This document shows positions 61,315 through 64,000 of a stretch of DNA of 64,000 bases, piece by piece. The DNA lies in NCBI RefSeq assembly GCF_004010195.1, contig NC_057718.1:42630902-42694901 (forward strand), written 5' to 3'. Position 1 is the stretch's first letter. Every line of letters starts with the position of its first letter. The translations under genes were made by a program, and so were the position numbers. Under the pieces are notes generated by a model that saw nothing but the letters and a program-made list of their open reading frames with translations, was not told where the DNA came from and made no database searches. This stretch comes from Chiloscyllium plagiosum. Its lineage: Eukaryota.

Positions 61315-64000
61315 TCATTCTATGCTGTGCCCTCTTCAGGTGCTGTTTAATTAACTCACCTCTGATATATAATCCAAGTGTGAGATCTCTGACCTTGGTC
61401 CTGTCAATTTCTCTCTAAATAATTTCAAAGGCTTTCTCACTTCATGTCAGAGTATTAACTCCAAGCAAGTAAACTGAGTAGATTCATTTTCGGACCTCTA
61501 ATGGCAAACAATAAAAATTGGATACTTTTTTCCCAATCATTCAGATAAGCTTGACAGTATGATCTCAACATGGTCTTTAGGGCCTGATGCCAACTTTCCA
61601 AAGCTCCTAGGATTCAGGATGATACGTACTTGATTTTTAAAGTGCTGTATACCTAACCTATTAATGACTACCTTAAACAGCCTAGCAGTAAAAGTAGACC
61701 CTAGGTCTGATTGAATCTCTCTGGGTAGCCCTTACTACGTGAAGAAAGCTACTAACTCCTCTACCACACTTTTTGTCTTAATACTTTGCAATGGAATTGC
61801 CTCTGGAAGTTGGTAGACACATCCATTATGGTTAGCAAGTACTGGTTCCCACTTTGTTTTCAGGAGGGGACCTACGCAATCATAACCCATGTGGAAGGTC
61901 CTTCGATTGCAGGAATTGGCAACAAAAGTGCTGGTTTTATTACTGCCTGTGGCTTACCTACCATTTGCATGTATGCCGCATATGGCAAAAGTTAACCATC
62001 TTTTTGTGCTTTCCAGACCAATAGAATTGCTTTTGTACCTGAGTCTGGGTCTTCCTTACACCTAGGTGACCTCCTACTGCCCATTTCTCCTCTGCACTGA
62101 TCTGCAGTGGTCTCCCTTTTCATCTTAGGATTCTAACTTTCAGATAATACCCTTCAGGAATATTACTTGACTCCTTTTCTGAATATGCATCAACATATAT
62201 ATCTTTTATTGTCTCGTCTTTCTGTTGTACCTCCATTAGCCTTTTCGGAGTAAACACTTCTGCCAGGCCCTCTGCCTGTTCAGGTGTTTCTGACACCCTT
62301 ACCTCAAACAGAGTATCCACTAACTGAACCTCAACTCCTTCATCTTTCTCTTTAGTTTTTGCTTCCTGCTGGGACTTATGATGTTGGGATCTTGTTACTA
62401 CACAGTATGGAAAAATTCCAGGGTATTTTTCGTTTAACTCCTCAGTTCCTTGGTCTTCCTTTGACTTCTCCACAAGAAGGGGTGTCGCTCCCACCTTGGA
62501 TCCCGCTAAATCGTTCCCAAAAACAAACTGTATTATTGGAACTGACACTCTGTTAATCACTCCCACTGTTACTTCCCCAGTCTTGAGTTGGCACTCCAAC
62601 CTGATCTTACATAGGGGAATGCTAAATTTCTGTCCATCTATCCCACAAATTATCACTCTCTCGGGTAACGGGTCAGGAAGAGTGAAAATATGTTCATCTC
62701 TTACTTTCAGTGACTGGTTAGATCCTGTGTCTCTCAAAATTATAACATGCCAACCGCACCCCCCATCCCCCCATCTTTCTGAGTAAACTTTACCCAGAGA
62801 GGTGAATTCTTTATCGAGATCAAGCAGTAACTCCATACCCAGCCCCTGCCTAGGCTGTGCACTCTTCTGTAGCTCCTCAGCTCTTCTTGGGGTTTCCTTC
62901 ACTACTTTCACGAATGCTGCTGGCTTAGCCTCTTCTACCACGTCTTTTCCCACAGTGCCTTTCTTTAACAGCCAGCATTGTGACTTTACGTGTCACATTT
63001 TACTACAATGGAAACACCTGAGGCCTTTCACCTCCTTTCCACCCCCTTGGGCTTCTTTTTAACCTGTGGTAATCAATTACCAGTGTGCTGTACTCTTTGT
63101 TTTGTACTATAAGATCTCCCCTTCTCCCAATTTCTATCCTTCACAAGATGAAATTCTTATCGGAAGCTAAACTTTGCCTTATGCACCAACGCATATTCAT
63201 CTGCCATCTCTGCTGCTCTTCTCACTTCTTGAACTTTCTGTTCATCCACATGAATTCTTAACATCTCTGGAAGTGAGTTTTTAAAGTCCTCCAGCAGAAT
63301 AATCTCTCTCAGAGCCTCATAGGTCTTATCCATTTTAAGGCCCGCACCCATCTGTGAAAATTACTGTGTTTAATTCTTTCGAACTTAATATAAATTTGAC
63401 CTGATTTCTTTTATGTTTTTGAACTGCTGTCTATACGCTTCTGGTACCAATTCATAAGCACTCAAAATAGCCTGCTTGACATCTTCATAATCTCTTGACC
63501 CCTTATCTGACAGTGCTGCAAATACAACACTAACTCTGCCTACCAGCTTAGTCTGAACTAACATTACCCACAAGTTCTCTGACCACTCCATCTGCCTAGC
63601 CAATTTTTCTAATCTTTCTCATCAAAGTGTGGCAGTGCTTTAACATATTTGTACATATCACTACCTTCTCTCTATATCTCCATCCTGTTAACTTGACCTT
63701 CCTGACTAAGACGCAACTTCTGAAGTTCAAACTCTCTCTCCTTTTCTCTTTCTTTTCTCTCCCTTTCTTCTCTCTCTCTCTCTTTGCTCAGCTAAGAACC
63801 TTCTCTCTTTTTTCCTCACTCTCTTTTTCCCTTTCTTTCCCTTACTTTTATCTTCTAACTCCATTTTCCTCAATTGTATTTTAAGTTTTTCTAACTCTAC
63901 TACACTTGTCTGTTTCTCTAACCCACACAAGTGCTTGACAAGCTCCCTTATAATTTCAGCTTTCCTTTTGCCCCTGGTTAGACCCAGTTCTAACCTTATT

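Larger units (their letters stand above)
58522..64000 (-). mobile_element. Gmr1-type Gypsy LTR retrotransposon (gag-PR-IN-RT-RH), decayed; 5' end lies outside the window
   Basis: gag (YEDVKQAILSAYELVPEAYRQQF; LREIILLEDFKNSLP), knuckle CFHCSKM*HVKSQC (~62975-63016), protease LRDTGS (~62730), integrase ~62080-60860 (GHLGVRKT, GPYQI), RT ~60700-60000 (VMPFGMKNAPAIFQR, YLDD at 60171-60182), RNase H ~59800-59450 (YSTIEKELL). Confidence 0.92.

Noticed and set aside
1..64000. CRISPR array or prokaryotic operon-type system
   Set aside because: Vertebrate repeat-rich DNA; no regularly spaced repeat-spacer array or intact gene cluster seen.

Overview
Eukaryotic, AT-rich intronic or intergenic DNA from a cartilaginous fish. 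The repeat content (HE1-type SINEs, HER1/CR1 LINEs, a DeuSINE-like element) points to a shark; this is inference. No intact protein-coding gene is recognisable, and almost all long ORFs are decayed transposon frames. Contents: (i) many nested CR1 LINE copies; (ii) a near-full-length Tx1/L1-clade LINE (15942-21377, minus) with a ZCCHC3-like ORF1 and a diverged U2 snRNA 5'-like head; (iii) a second, truncated Tx1-type insertion with a TSD; (iv) Penelope-like elements (PLEs) of several families, including about 200-bp palindromic mini-insertions that carry minimal hammerhead-ribozyme motifs and 14-18 bp TSDs; (v) a Gmr1-type Gypsy LTR element with integrase upstream of RT (58522 to beyond the window end); (vi) SINEs, MITEs, Harbinger, RTE and L2 relics; (vii) a 526-N gap; (viii) one or two possible host exons. 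Family assignments come from reading motifs and from recalled consensus sequences, not from database searches. Boundaries of old repeats are approximate.
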